Shown here: one piece after another, positions 36,976-47,236 of the stretch
Layout: every line of letters starts with the position of its first letter
Numbering within the stretch: position 1 is the stretch's first letter
Virus record (IMG/VR): IMGVR_UViG_3300042991_000483
Location: 7,299-71,298 of that record
Reading direction: 5' to 3' (one strand)
Length of the DNA: 64,000 nucleotides
Source of the DNA: a virus
Translations under genes and position numbers: made by a program
Notes under the pieces: model-generated
The model's database searches: none
Told to the model about the DNA's origin: nothing
Seen by the model: the letters and a program-made list of their open reading frames with translations, nothing else

Positions 36976-37699
36976 GGATTTTCGTCATGTCACAGACGAT
37001 CTTCAGTTGAGTGTTGTCAGCCTCGTAGACAACGCCGAACCCGAGAGTAGGATCAAGCCGGAGAATGTAGTGCAGAAGCTGGAGCCGAGGCGAGGAGCCA
37101 TAGCTACTTGTTCCATAGGGAGTCTCGGACTCATCCTCAGGGAGGCTCCGGAAGATATTACTTACCCAGACGGGAACAAGGGCAAGGCGTGGACAGGAAT
37201 CTACCTCGCGGACCGCACCGTGCATTGGCACTTCGGCCCTAAGCAGGGACAGGACGAGTTCATCACCGCGGGTTCGCCTTGGTCTAGTAGTAAGCCTAAT
37301 GTCATCTGCTATGTCGAGGACCTTCTTCTCTTCGCCAAACACTCGCAAGTCTTTCACGCTCTCGTGGCAGACCTCAATATCAACTCGGATATGGACCTGT
37401 CTTATTTCAAACACAAACTCTACCGAGGCTATACAGTTCCCGCTAATGTAATAAAAGAGAGAGCGGAAAAGATGAACCGCACCGTAGACCTTTTGACTAA
37501 ACTGTGTCATGAGATCGAGATCCTCTGTGAAGGGGAAAGTTGCAACGAGCCCGCTTGCTACTTCGAAGCGGTGCAAAACGTAGAAGAAAGAACTGGAAAA
37601 GCCTTCGTTACCAATTGGGGTAAGACGAGGGAGGAGTTAGCCACTTACGAAGAGGAGATACAAAATGCGAAGACGAACACTGTCGGAGAGATTCGCTAA
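36962..37699 (+). CDS. Hypothetical protein
   Basis: 245 aa with SD AGGAG. Confidence 0.7.
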   Translation: MKKSKDFRHVTDDLQLSVVSLVDNAEPESRIKPENVVQKLEPRRGAIATCSIGSLGLILREAPEDITYPDGNKGKAWTGIYLADRTVHWHFGPKQGQDEFITAGSPWSSSKPNVICYVEDLLLFAKHSQVFHALVADLNINSDMDLSYFKHKLYRGYTVPANVIKERAEKMNRTVDLLTKLCHEIEILCEGESCNEPACYFEAVQNVEERTGKAFVTNWGKTREELATYEEEIQNAKTNTVGEIR

Positions 37700-37709
37700 C
37701 CATCCTTTG

Positions 37710-38033
37710 ATGGGAAGACGAGTGAAGAACGCAGTATTTGAGAACTGCAAACCGGAGGAAGAAAACAAGATCTCTGTCCTTCTCGATGTCCGTCAGATGC
37801 TGGACACCATCGAAGATCAGTTGGCATACCTTATAGAAGACGACCCCGAAGAAGAAGCGTGGGAAGCGGACGCCGAAGAAGCCGAAAGTGGAGATGACGA
37901 CGTAACTACGGAGATTGGTGACCGTTTGACAAAACTAGAAGCCATCGTCATCGCCCAAGACAAACGTCTGGCTAGGCTGGTAGAGGAATTTCGTCGTCAC
38001 ACGCAGCATCCTCCGTATAAAGTCGGAGAATAG
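37710..38033 (+). CDS. Hypothetical coiled-coil protein
   Basis: In-frame ATG after the upstream stop. Confidence 0.6.
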   Translation: MGRRVKNAVFENCKPEEENKISVLLDVRQMLDTIEDQLAYLIEDDPEEEAWEADAEEAESGDDDVTTEIGDRLTKLEAIVIAQDKRLARLVEEFRRHTQHPPYKVGE

Positions 38034-38200
38034 TTTTGGCTCCACGCTATATAAAGTAGTGAACATGTCGATTGGCAAACTCGTCGTTGAAGAGAACATA
38101 TTCGACAGACTCAGGTTTGCCATAAGCCGCAACGCCCACCACCATTGGGGTGACAAGAGGGCAAACAGGCAAAGGCAAGTTGAGCATAGGAGGTAGTACA

Positions 38201-39037
38201 ATGGCCAAAGCTACGCAGTCTACTCAGTCCCAAAAACCAAAAGCCTATCAATCAGGTCTCACAAAGATCCTCGCCCTCAAGAAAGAAGTGGACGAGAAGT
38301 CGGCCCGCCGCAGCGGGGGAGATAACAAGTACCTTCCCTGGTTCAAGGCAAAGCCAGGTGACAACATCCGCGTTAGGATCCTTCCTCTTCCTTTCTTGGA
38401 TGTCCCCTTCATCACCGTAGCCGAGCATGGCAAGCTTCACCCCAATCAGCCCTACCGTTCCGAATGCTGCCCCAAGTCGGTGGGTGAGGGCGAATGCCCC
38501 ATCTGCGATTACGCTTTCACTCAATACAAGGACGCAAAGGACCGGGACGATCAGAACGCAATGTCGTTCCTAAAAGGTCTCATGCCTAAGCAGAGAGCTT
38601 ATGCCATCCTCTACAACCGCGCCACCAACCGTCTCGAGAAGTACGGCATGAGTTTGCAGATGCTCGGTCAGATCCTTTCCGAGATCGAATCCGCAGACGT
38701 TGACCCCACCGATGTCCATAACGGACGAGATGGCCGAATCAAGGTCATCCTCGGTCAGAACAATCTTCCGAATTTCAGCTTCTCCCTCTCTGAACTCTCC
38801 ACCCCTCTCCTTGAAGACGAGGATGAGATCGAGAAAGTCATGACTACGGTGGAAGATCACAAGGATGAGATCCTCCGTATCCGCACCTCTCGTAACCACG
38901 CCGAACTCAAGGCTCTTCTTAACTTCGAAGAGAAAGAGGACGACGACTCGGACGAAGGTCCTGATATCACCCCGTCCGACGAAGACGCCGACGCAGAAGC
39001 CACTCGTCTCATTGCCGAGGCTACTGGCAAGAAATAA
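38201..39037 (+). CDS. ssDNA-binding protein, T4 gp32-like
   Basis: IRVRILP, H..CCP..ECPIC Zn site, DPTDVHNGRD and an acidic tail; SD AGGAGG. Confidence 0.85.
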   Translation: MAKATQSTQSQKPKAYQSGLTKILALKKEVDEKSARRSGGDNKYLPWFKAKPGDNIRVRILPLPFLDVPFITVAEHGKLHPNQPYRSECCPKSVGEGECPICDYAFTQYKDAKDRDDQNAMSFLKGLMPKQRAYAILYNRATNRLEKYGMSLQMLGQILSEIESADVDPTDVHNGRDGRIKVILGQNNLPNFSFSLSELSTPLLEDEDEIEKVMTTVEDHKDEILRIRTSRNHAELKALLNFEEKEDDDSDEGPDITPSDEDADAEATRLIAEATGKK

Positions 39038-39065
39038 TCCCACGGAATCATCACTCCACGCTATA

Positions 39066-39095
39066 AAGGGAGGGAGCAATCCCTCCCTTCTTTTT
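39066..39095 (+). terminator. Intrinsic terminator
   Basis: aagggaggga-gcaa-tccctccctt followed by a T-run. Confidence 0.8.
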
Positions 39096-39106
39096 TGGAG
39101 AGACCC

Positions 39107-39748
39107 ATGCCTAACATAGCCCCTCATCCAGCTAAGTACTCCAATATCTTATTGCCGATATTCAGGGAGATATTAGCCCCTTATGCGAGGGTTCTCGACC
39201 CGTTTGCCGGTACAGGCAAGCTGAAGTGGGTGAGGCCTGACGCCTATCTCCTGGAGATCGAGAGGGAGTGGGCGGCAATCGGTGGGGCAGTCATTGGAGA
39301 CGCAACGTGCATGCCGTGGAAGGACGGCGCCTTCGACGCCATCTGTACGTCACCGTCCTATGGAAATAGGATGGCTGACAATTTTGTAGACCACCAAACA
39401 GATAAGAACTACAAGCGCAACACCTATCGCCATTATCTCGGACGTGAGATGAATCCCAACAATAGCGGCGGCATGAACTGGGGAAAGAAGTATAGGTCAC
39501 TCCACGAAAAGGCGTGGGGAGAGTGTTTCCGCGTCCTCCGTCCGAAGGGGGTACTCGTTCTGAACATCAGCGACCACATCCGCAAAGGGAAAATAGTTCC
39601 CGTGAGCGCATGGCACCTGGCGACTCTCATGAGACTCGGCTTCGTTCTAATAGATAGAAAACAGGTTACTACGCGGCGAAATAAGATGGGACGGAACGGG
39701 CAGATCCGGGTAGATTACGAGCAAGTATTCACTTTCATGAGAGAGTGA
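39107..39748 (+). CDS. DNA amino-methyltransferase (N4-C/N6-A)
   Basis: HPAKY, VLDPFAGTG, TSPSY and RVLRPKG motifs. Confidence 0.88.
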   Translation: MPNIAPHPAKYSNILLPIFREILAPYARVLDPFAGTGKLKWVRPDAYLLEIEREWAAIGGAVIGDATCMPWKDGAFDAICTSPSYGNRMADNFVDHQTDKNYKRNTYRHYLGREMNPNNSGGMNWGKKYRSLHEKAWGECFRVLRPKGVLVLNISDHIRKGKIVPVSAWHLATLMRLGFVLIDRKQVTTRRNKMGRNGQIRVDYEQVFTFMRE

Positions 39749-39785
39749 GCAGAACGAATGCTACACATAGAAAGCGAGGAAAAGA

Positions 39786-40295
39786 ATGGGTGGAACCAGT
39801 AGTAGTAGAAAGGGGAAGAAGGGAGAACGAGGGTTAGCGGAAACCCTCACCGAAGTCATTGGCGTCCAATTTCGACGCGTTCCCCATAGTGGGTCCCTTC
39901 GCGTGCACCTAGACGCTAAGTTCTCCGACTTCACCAAGAGGGCGCTCTCCGGTGATATCATGATTGACTCCGAGCACCAAGCCCGATTCCCATTCAGTGT
40001 TGAGTGCAAGAATTTGAAGAAACTGAATTACTTGAGGATGATGTTAGATGACTCACGGGAGTTGAAGGCATTTTGGCAACAAGTCCTTGACGAGCGCCCG
40101 AACGAAGACACGATCCCACTGCTCTGCATTCACACCGACCGCCAACCTTGGATAGCCTTCACCACTTTTGACGGCGCTGGCCACGAGTGGCATACTGTTA
40201 GGATCAAAATAAACGGAGAATATACCTATGCAGGTTCTCTACTGGCGGTGGCAGAAGCAATAAAGAAAGCCTTTTTCGATGACCTTAACCGGTAG
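39786..40295 (+). CDS. Holliday junction resolvase (Hjc-type PD-(D/E)xK)
   Basis: KGKKGER, RRVPHSG, GDI and VECKN motifs. Confidence 0.85.
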   Translation: MGGTSSSRKGKKGERGLAETLTEVIGVQFRRVPHSGSLRVHLDAKFSDFTKRALSGDIMIDSEHQARFPFSVECKNLKKLNYLRMMLDDSRELKAFWQQVLDERPNEDTIPLLCIHTDRQPWIAFTTFDGAGHEWHTVRIKINGEYTYAGSLLAVAEAIKKAFFDDLNR

Positions 40296-40304
40296 GAGAA
40301 ATAA

Positions 40305-41621
40305 ATGGTTAGACCCAAAGAAGTGGCGACCCACGAAGCTACAGTAGAAGACCGCTCCAGTAGATATAAAGTAGCCTATCTCGGTGCCACGGACTTCGAA
40401 GACGCAGACAACCTGCAGGTCGGTACGGACTTTCGCTGGGGGATCTCAGATGCGCAGCACCCAGACGCCGGGGCTTTCATCTATAGTATCAGGGTCATGA
40501 CGCATTATATCTCGCACCTTGCTCGTATCGCGTATGAAGATAACATGATCGGGCGCGGGGAGGAAACTGCCATTGCCGCCGGTAATGGTATTATCTTCGC
40601 CAAGGATAAGGCGGGGTTGAAGCATTGGTATGACACCCTTAAATCAGCCACAAGGATAGAAGTAGACTTAGACATCAAGTGGCAGTTTGACTCCGACCAA
40701 GCCGATCTGGAGGAGGGATTTCCAGAGAGGGTAGGCGTCATCTTCTCCAACGAGATATCTACTAGCTCAGGAAAAGAGAAGAAGGATCACCCTTACGAAG
40801 TCTATACAATCAGCGAGGAAAAGTTCGTTAAGGACTTCTTTCTCGTCGCCCCCACCCTTGTTAAGAAGGATTTCGGGGCCAAGGGCATGCAGAAGTTCGG
40901 AATCAATGCTACTGCCCTCGTCCAGTCCGTATCCGAATCTGAGTTGAAGGTCGCCTTCGACCACATCAATAGAGTCTTGGTCAAAAGAAAAGCAGCGATA
41001 GCGTCTATCTCATCCCCTACAAAAGGATCCATGGAGGACGAGATAGATGACTACGAGAGCCAAGACGGAGCGGGAGAAAGAGATCCCACAGCCACCGAAC
41101 TCGCATCCCTAGAAAAAGGGGATCTGGAGGAGTGCAAAGCCAACATCCTCCTAGATGAGGACGGAGTCCCTGCTGCTACTAAAAAGTGGATACAGGATTT
41201 CCGTACCAAGAAAGAAAAGGAAGAAGCAGTGAAGATGGCCGGACTCAGCCAGAGCAAACCCATCCCTCCCGCTGAAGGGGTAAAGCCTACGAAATCGGCT
41301 AATAAACTTGGAGTCTCTGATCGTTGGGATTTCTCAGTAGAAAGAGAATCTCGCCAGTCTCTATCCGAATCCTACACCTACATGGATATCCTCATGTTTA
41401 GGGAAGGTAACTGGACCGTCACAATCAACCCCGTAGGTACCTCCGGTTGGATAGTCAGGGAGAACATCATGCAGAATCCCTCCTTCCCTTGGCGTTTGGT
41501 TGGAAACTATTTACAGATAGCGACTCCCGAAGACATGAAGGATAAGGAATTGGACTCTGCAATAAAGAAGCTAGCTGAGGCATTGCAAAAGGGCGGAGAC
41601 ATTACCGTCCTAGAGGATTAG
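40305..41621 (+). CDS. Hypothetical protein
   Basis: 438 aa with SD AGGAG. Confidence 0.7.
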   Translation: MVRPKEVATHEATVEDRSSRYKVAYLGATDFEDADNLQVGTDFRWGISDAQHPDAGAFIYSIRVMTHYISHLARIAYEDNMIGRGEETAIAAGNGIIFAKDKAGLKHWYDTLKSATRIEVDLDIKWQFDSDQADLEEGFPERVGVIFSNEISTSSGKEKKDHPYEVYTISEEKFVKDFFLVAPTLVKKDFGAKGMQKFGINATALVQSVSESELKVAFDHINRVLVKRKAAIASISSPTKGSMEDEIDDYESQDGAGERDPTATELASLEKGDLEECKANILLDEDGVPAATKKWIQDFRTKKEKEEAVKMAGLSQSKPIPPAEGVKPTKSANKLGVSDRWDFSVERESRQSLSESYTYMDILMFREGNWTVTINPVGTSGWIVRENIMQNPSFPWRLVGNYLQIATPEDMKDKELDSAIKKLAEALQKGGDITVLED

Positions 41622-43081
41622 AGAGAGGATAAGAGGTCAAATAGATCTTTTTGCCCCTTGATCTCAAATCCCTCTTCCTCGTATATCTTTTTTCGGTTCT
41701 TTCCGTGCTTGGAGAATAGCACATCCCAAATGTCTATGACGAAAGCGTGAACCTTCCCCTCTTTCTTTCGCGTCGACCTTCCTATACTTTGGATCAGTTT
41801 TATCTCTGCGTACCCCACGTCGCAGAGTAGGACGACGTTCAAGCCCTTCAAGTCTACTCCCTCTCCCCCCACCGTCCCGCAGAGGATGACGTTCTCCTCC
41901 TCCTCCACTAAGGCGTAGGCATCGTCTCTTTCGGCGCTGGCTGTGTGCCCAGTTAGGAAATGGATGTGGCTAGTGATCTGGTCCTCCGCAAGTACTTGTT
42001 GCAGGGCGTCTATTTGCTCCGTCCAAGCCAATACGATGAAGACGTGAAGTCCTTTGATCCTGCATAGTTCTGCTAGTTTGAGGATGAGTCGGTTTCTTTC
42101 TTTGTTTTGGACTAGGCCCAACCTCTTCTGAGTGATGAAATCTTTCTTCTTGATGGCGACAAGGAGGTCATGAATCTCTCGACTTCCTATGTTTTTAGCT
42201 TCATATGGTACCAAATACACTTCGGGTTTGAAGACTTTCTTCTCCACTCTTTCGTCACCTTTACTATTAAATACCACGTCCCCAAAGTTTGCGATCAGTC
42301 TGACTTTCTCATACTCTTGCCAAGTCTTTGCCCAAGGCGTAGCAGAGAAGCCGGCCCTATACTCGGCCTTACATCGTCCTAGTAAGGCATACATCTTCTT
42401 CTTCGCGTGGTGGACCTCGTCCACTATCACAGACCGTACGCGTTTGTCCAAGGCTGTAAGCTCCGGAGACCTGGGGGTCGTCTTCTTCGCCCCCCTCTCG
42501 TCTTCGTCGTCTTCACCTTGCGCCTTTCTCTTTCTTCCAGAATAGGACGCATTGATCATGATGATGATGTCCCCGCTAGTATCCTTGTGCCCGTCTCCAT
42601 AGACGGAGCACTTGAGACCATGAGCCGTACACTCTCTGTACATTTGAGACATAAGGCTTCGGCTCGGCACAAGCACTAGACAAGGTTTAGGGAACCTCTT
42701 CATCAACGCCATCTCTATTTTGGTTTTTCCTGATCCGGTGACAGAGGAAATTATTCCACGTCCCTTCGAGAGTACAGCATTTACTGCGTCAACCTGGTAG
42801 TCCCACAAAGACATATCTGATATCTCAGCCTCAGTCAGAGGGGGCAACGCCAACGATTTCTCTAGTTCAAACTCCACATCCTGCATGACACTGTTCAAGT
42901 AGTCAAGGAGACCTAATTTGAAACCGGTGCTTCCGTACATCCGCACCTTATAAGTAGCCCTATACTCTTTTCGGAAGAACGTCAGAGAGCGTTTGACCCT
43001 ATACTCTAGTATAGGGTCAGATATCGGCTCTGCTTGCCATCCCTTATTCTTTAGTATGATCGGTCTTTTTTTCATTTCCAC
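41618..43081 (-). CDS. SF2 helicase, UvsW-like
   Basis: WDYQ, TGSGKT, DEVHH, SATP, EGVDL and QSIGR motifs. Confidence 0.92.
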   Translation of the reverse strand: MEMKKRPIILKNKGWQAEPISDPILEYRVKRSLTFFRKEYRATYKVRMYGSTGFKLGLLDYLNSVMQDVEFELEKSLALPPLTEAEISDMSLWDYQVDAVNAVLSKGRGIISSVTGSGKTKIEMALMKRFPKPCLVLVPSRSLMSQMYRECTAHGLKCSVYGDGHKDTSGDIIIMINASYSGRKRKAQGEDDEDERGAKKTTPRSPELTALDKRVRSVIVDEVHHAKKKMYALLGRCKAEYRAGFSATPWAKTWQEYEKVRLIANFGDVVFNSKGDERVEKKVFKPEVYLVPYEAKNIGSREIHDLLVAIKKKDFITQKRLGLVQNKERNRLILKLAELCRIKGLHVFIVLAWTEQIDALQQVLAEDQITSHIHFLTGHTASAERDDAYALVEEEENVILCGTVGGEGVDLKGLNVVLLCDVGYAEIKLIQSIGRSTRKKEGKVHAFVIDIWDVLFSKHGKNRKKIYEEEGFEIKGQKDLFDLLSSL

Positions 43082-43694
43082 TCTTAGAAGGTTGCCTGCA
43101 CCAGGCTTCGAAGTTAGTGAATTTGGACATGTCGTCCGGGTCCCTCGGCAATACTCCTCGCTTCATCCATAGCGTCACTCTCTTTTCCGGCCTTGCGAAG
43201 GTAGAGGCGAGGGGTTCTATGACGTCTTTGAAATCTTCGTAGTCTAACTTGAATCCACGAATCAAGTACGAAAGAGCCTCTGGAGAAAGACTTCCATTTA
43301 ATAGCCCATCTACCACACTGACCTTGGCTAGACTGATGTTGTTTACCTCTCGTTTGATCCTATCGAATATAGGTGTCGGCGAAGTCGCGTACCCGTACCA
43401 AGTAGGGTCTAAGGCTTTGTCTACAAACACTTTTTGGTAAGACACGGCGTTGAAGTAACGAAACCCCACCCGCCTGATCTCATCTTTCTTGCATGTGAAA
43501 CAGGTGAAGACGTATTTGAACCGATCTAGCTCGTACTTGTCACAAGTCTCGCCGACTTTTCTGGCTGAGGTGATGTGACCCTTAGAGAAGAAATACTCCT
43601 CCAAGAATGCAGCCATGTATAGCTCTTGGAAGTACAGGAGGATCTCCCGGAACGGACCCTGTTCAGCCCTCCACTCAATATACGTGCTTCTCAT
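43044..43694 (-). CDS. Hypothetical protein
   Basis: ATG 43694 with SD GGAGG and a CGCTATA motif upstream; this start avoids overlap with the divergent gene. Confidence 0.7.
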   Translation of the reverse strand: MRSTYIEWRAEQGPFREILLYFQELYMAAFLEEYFFSKGHITSARKVGETCDKYELDRFKYVFTCFTCKKDEIRRVGFRYFNAVSYQKVFVDKALDPTWYGYATSPTPIFDRIKREVNNISLAKVSVVDGLLNGSLSPEALSYLIRGFKLDYEDFKDVIEPLASTFARPEKRVTLWMKRGVLPRDPDDMSKFTNFEAWCRQPSKSGNEKKTDHTKE

Positions 43695-43794
43695 TTGTCC
43701 TCCTATAGATATAGCGAAAACTTGCAAGGGCTTCGGCAGAATATACATCCTGATCCCGCTATAATCAGATAGCGTCACCCACCAAGGAGATAGT

Positions 43795-44142
43795 ATGCGA
43801 GAACGCAAGTTAGATAGACTCATTTTCTGTGAAGAAAAAGGTGCAAAGCCCAAAGACGCCAGAGACTGCCGCCCCCCAAGCTGTAGGTGCCTAACCTCCG
43901 ACATCACCGCAGAACCCTCAGGTGTTCGTGGTATCGGCGGCGACATGCACGAGCCTCAGATCCGTTTCTTCGACGACGATATCCCCGGTGTAGAAGTCAT
44001 AGTTCGTGGGCTGAAAAATGGAGAAGAGGCGATAGAGAATCTGCTCTCTCTCCTGAACAAGTTCGGACATGATAGTTTCACGAGCAAGATCAACGAACTT
44101 ATCTCCGGCTATGATGAGTGCATTGAGTCTATAAAGGAATAA
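43795..44142 (+). CDS. Hypothetical protein
   Basis: SD AGGAG; CGCTATAAT at 43757. Confidence 0.65.
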   Translation: MRERKLDRLIFCEEKGAKPKDARDCRPPSCRCLTSDITAEPSGVRGIGGDMHEPQIRFFDDDIPGVEVIVRGLKNGEEAIENLLSLLNKFGHDSFTSKINELISGYDECIESIKE

Positions 44143-44143
44143 C

Positions 44144-44524
44144 GTGACGGCTTTGCTTTTTGTGCTGTCTTACATTATCGTTGGTGTTACTGGGTTCGGT
44201 GGGGCTCTTTTTGTTGTTGAGTCCCCGTACTTGAAACCACTACTCTCCTATATAGAGAAGAGACGAGAACAAGCCGAGAACGAAAAGGTAAAGTCCGTTC
44301 TCGCTATGTTAGTGAAGGGCATGGGCTGCATGACGTGCTCTGGCTTCTGGGCGAGTCTCTTGTGTGGGTTCGTGTTCCTAGTTCCGTTAACCGTTTACCT
44401 GCAATCGACCCTGACGATATGGGCGTGGTTGCTGTCATGCGCCTTATTTGGTTCCGGCGTCAGTACAGCCGGAAGCTACCTCATGAACCTCTACTTCGAC
44501 TGGCGCAAGCTGAAAGGTCTGTAA
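44144..44524 (+). CDS. Membrane protein (DUF1360-like CxxCxGFW)
   Basis: Three hydrophobic segments and CMTCSGFW. Confidence 0.65.
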   Translation: MTALLFVLSYIIVGVTGFGGALFVVESPYLKPLLSYIEKRREQAENEKVKSVLAMLVKGMGCMTCSGFWASLLCGFVFLVPLTVYLQSTLTIWAWLLSCALFGSGVSTAGSYLMNLYFDWRKLKGL

Positions 44525-45528
44525 TGGATCAGAGAACTTACGACGAAAACCTGTTCAAGGCTCTCCATTACTCTAGCTATAGCAGGATGGGCACTTTTTT
44601 CGACTGCTCGCAGTACTTCCTCTGGTACTACGTCTACGGCGTAAAACCCGAGTTCGAATCTCCAGCCCTCACCAAGGGAGACACCCTTCACAAATACTAC
44701 CAGGTCTTAAACGACGTGAACGCCACCCCAGAAGCAAGGAAAGAAGTTGTGGAGAAGTTCACTAAACAGTTTCCTCTTGAGTTTATGAAGTACTCAACGA
44801 AGTGGAAGTCACACGTCAAGAAGTTACCACAAGGGCCAAACGTAGTCTTAGAAAAAGAAATGCAGATGTCGATTCCCATCTCCTCGCCTTTGCTTAACCC
44901 CTCGGGGAAGCCGTTCAACTCAATCATTTTCAAGGGCTACATAGACTACCTCAACTTCAACCAGCCGAAGACGGCTTACGTCATCGACTACAAGTCCGGT
45001 AGGGCGGCAACAGCCCCGAAGTACGCCGACCAACTCGCCATATACGCCGCCATGGTATTCTCCGCCTTCCCAATGGTGGATACCGTTCGCGCCTACACCT
45101 ACGACATCTCAGACAACATGAACTCAGAAGTAAGTGAGCAAAACTCTTTCGAGTTCGACCGCGGCAAGGACTCTCAGAACCTCATTGATACCTTGGCGAA
45201 GATGATGGAGACCATGATATCGGCAGCGTCTAAGAAAGAGTTTTCTCCTACTCCTTGCATCCGTTGCTCGTACTGCCCAGATTACAGTTGCCGCTTCAAT
45301 AGGGTTCCTCCTTCTAAGCGGGGAGTCACTGCGCAACCCGACCTCTCCCCTCCAACGCCCACTCCTCCTCCAGCCCCAATACAGCAGGAGTATGATACCT
45401 ATGGGTCTCCTATCCCCCCCGCTCCAACTCCCGCCCCCACTGAGATACCGATAGAAACCGTGACTCAGATTGGGGAGAAAGAGAAAGCGATTTTGCTAGA
45501 AATGAAGAAGAAGCTGGATAGAAAGTAG
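44524..45528 (+). CDS. PD-(D/E)xK exonuclease (RecB/Cas4-like)
   Basis: SYS..C, GDTLH, LEK, GYID, IDYKSG, QLAIYA and C..C..C motifs. Confidence 0.88.
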   Translation: MDQRTYDENLFKALHYSSYSRMGTFFDCSQYFLWYYVYGVKPEFESPALTKGDTLHKYYQVLNDVNATPEARKEVVEKFTKQFPLEFMKYSTKWKSHVKKLPQGPNVVLEKEMQMSIPISSPLLNPSGKPFNSIIFKGYIDYLNFNQPKTAYVIDYKSGRAATAPKYADQLAIYAAMVFSAFPMVDTVRAYTYDISDNMNSEVSEQNSFEFDRGKDSQNLIDTLAKMMETMISAASKKEFSPTPCIRCSYCPDYSCRFNRVPPSKRGVTAQPDLSPPTPTPPPAPIQQEYDTYGSPIPPAPTPAPTEIPIETVTQIGEKEKAILLEMKKKLDRK

Positions 45529-45556
45529 TATCGCTATATTGAAAGAGGAGGTTGCG

Positions 45557-46858
45557 ATGCCGGTATTCACCCCGTCTCAGGGTCTGACCATGCTTTCGCC
45601 TTGGGAGCCCAATCAAAGGGCTTTCTTTCTCAAGACATACAAGAGGGATAAGAACTTTCGCAAATTCGTGAATGATAAAGTAGACGCTTACATCGAAGAC
45701 CCCTTCGTCATGGTCTGCGCAGACGCCTCTCAAGCAGAAGTCCGCATCGCCGCAGAACTTGCCCACGAGCAGAAGCTGATAGACCTCTATAAGACCAAAC
45801 AAGCCTTTGACGAATCTGGAGATACGAGTGACCACCCAGAGCTCGATGTCCACATGCTCACCGCCTCCGGAATCTTTGGTGTCCCCATCAACAAAGTCAC
45901 TAGTGACCAGCGAAAAGCGGCGAAGAGCATCACCTTCGCCGTCATGTACGGAGCCACCGAATTCAGGATTGCATTCGAAACCGGACGAAGTGTTAAGGAA
46001 GCGAAGAAGTTGCTCGACAACTTCTGGAAGTCTTACCCGGCCATCCGCACCTGGGTGAACAAGATCATAGCAGAAGCAGTTGCCACAGGCTACGTCTCCA
46101 CCCCCACGGGGCGCAGAGAAGCCATGCCCTTCCTCAAGGGAAGGCGCGAAGTCTTGCAGTGCGTGATCAAGGGTGACAGCCTCTACGATAAGCAAGACAA
46201 GATAGGAAAGTCCCTCATCTCTAAGCTGATGAAAGAGATCGGGCAAGCCCGTAACTTCCCCGTGCAGAGTTTTACTTCAGACCTCATGACCACCGGCGCC
46301 TTCTACTCAGTTAACCAAGCCAAAGAAGAAGGCATAGAGATATACCTGCACACTATCGTCCACGACTCCGTGGTCATCTCCGTACGGTATTCCAACCTCA
46401 AGCGGTTGCTGGAGATCCTCAAGTATAATTTCGAGCATAGGCTCGTGGAAGACTTCAATCTCATCTGCCCGATGCAGATAGAATACGAGGTCGGCCTGAA
46501 TTACGACGCCCAGGTGAAGAAGCTCCCTTACCTCATTGACGCACTGGACTTCGCCTCCCTCCCGCAGAAGATGTATGATCGCTGGCGGCAACTCAAGGCG
46601 AAGACCGTTATCACCTCCGTCCGCTCAGACCCCACCTACCTCTTCCAGCCGGAGCACGGAAAGTGTGCGATACTTACCTCTAAAGAGCAGAAGATAGCGG
46701 AGATATCTCAGCGCGACTTCGAAAACTCTTACGCGTGGTATCGGAAACGATGGAAGATTACGGACGGTAGCCTTCAACTGCGAAAACCCACGATCGAAGT
46801 CGCAGCGTCTAGTTCCAAGACCAAAGTCGAGGAGGAGTACATTGGAAGACTTCAGTAA
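45557..46858 (+). CDS. Family A DNA polymerase, C-terminal half (palm and fingers)
   Basis: Motif A ADASQAEVR, DVH, motif B RKAAKSITFAVMYG, TPTGRR, NFPVQS and motif C VHDS; own CGCTATA motif and SD GGAGG. Confidence 0.92.
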   Translation: MPVFTPSQGLTMLSPWEPNQRAFFLKTYKRDKNFRKFVNDKVDAYIEDPFVMVCADASQAEVRIAAELAHEQKLIDLYKTKQAFDESGDTSDHPELDVHMLTASGIFGVPINKVTSDQRKAAKSITFAVMYGATEFRIAFETGRSVKEAKKLLDNFWKSYPAIRTWVNKIIAEAVATGYVSTPTGRREAMPFLKGRREVLQCVIKGDSLYDKQDKIGKSLISKLMKEIGQARNFPVQSFTSDLMTTGAFYSVNQAKEEGIEIYLHTIVHDSVVISVRYSNLKRLLEILKYNFEHRLVEDFNLICPMQIEYEVGLNYDAQVKKLPYLIDALDFASLPQKMYDRWRQLKAKTVITSVRSDPTYLFQPEHGKCAILTSKEQKIAEISQRDFENSYAWYRKRWKITDGSLQLRKPTIEVAASSSKTKVEEEYIGRLQ

Positions 46859-47228
46859 TATCCTTCCCACCGATATTCTTAATGGCACTCTCACCGGAGT
46901 CAAGTGCGTTAACCCGGACGAGTTGATGTTGTTCGAGTTCAGAGAGGATGAACTTCTAGGCTCCGGCATCGTCCTCATGAGCGTATCTACAAAGACCTAC
47001 GACCAAGTCGGGATCCTCCCAAAGTTCCGGGTCCTTGCCGTCGGAGATAATGTCGAACGAGAAACGGGGATAAAGCCGGGTGATTTGATTGTCATCCCAA
47101 AACTCTGCGGAAGGTTGAGGATGCTAGATGAAATCGAGGTTAGGTACATCAATCACAGGGACGTCTTTGCTAAGGTAGTGTCGGAAGCTTCTGACTATGA
47201 AGAATACCTCAAGAAGTTTTTCAAGTAG
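46842..47228 (+). CDS. GroES-like co-chaperonin
   Basis: SGIVL..VLAVG..IKPGDLIV..DVFAKV. Confidence 0.75.
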   Translation: MEDFSNILPTDILNGTLTGVKCVNPDELMLFEFREDELLGSGIVLMSVSTKTYDQVGILPKFRVLAVGDNVERETGIKPGDLIVIPKLCGRLRMLDEIEVRYINHRDVFAKVVSEASDYEEYLKKFFK

Positions 47229-47236
47229 GAGACTAC

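Noticed and set aside
36590-45720. Split intein or cis-spliced intron joining the polymerase halves
   Set aside because: No C/S-initial Hint block or HN/C-S-T end at the junctions; intervening genes lie on both strands
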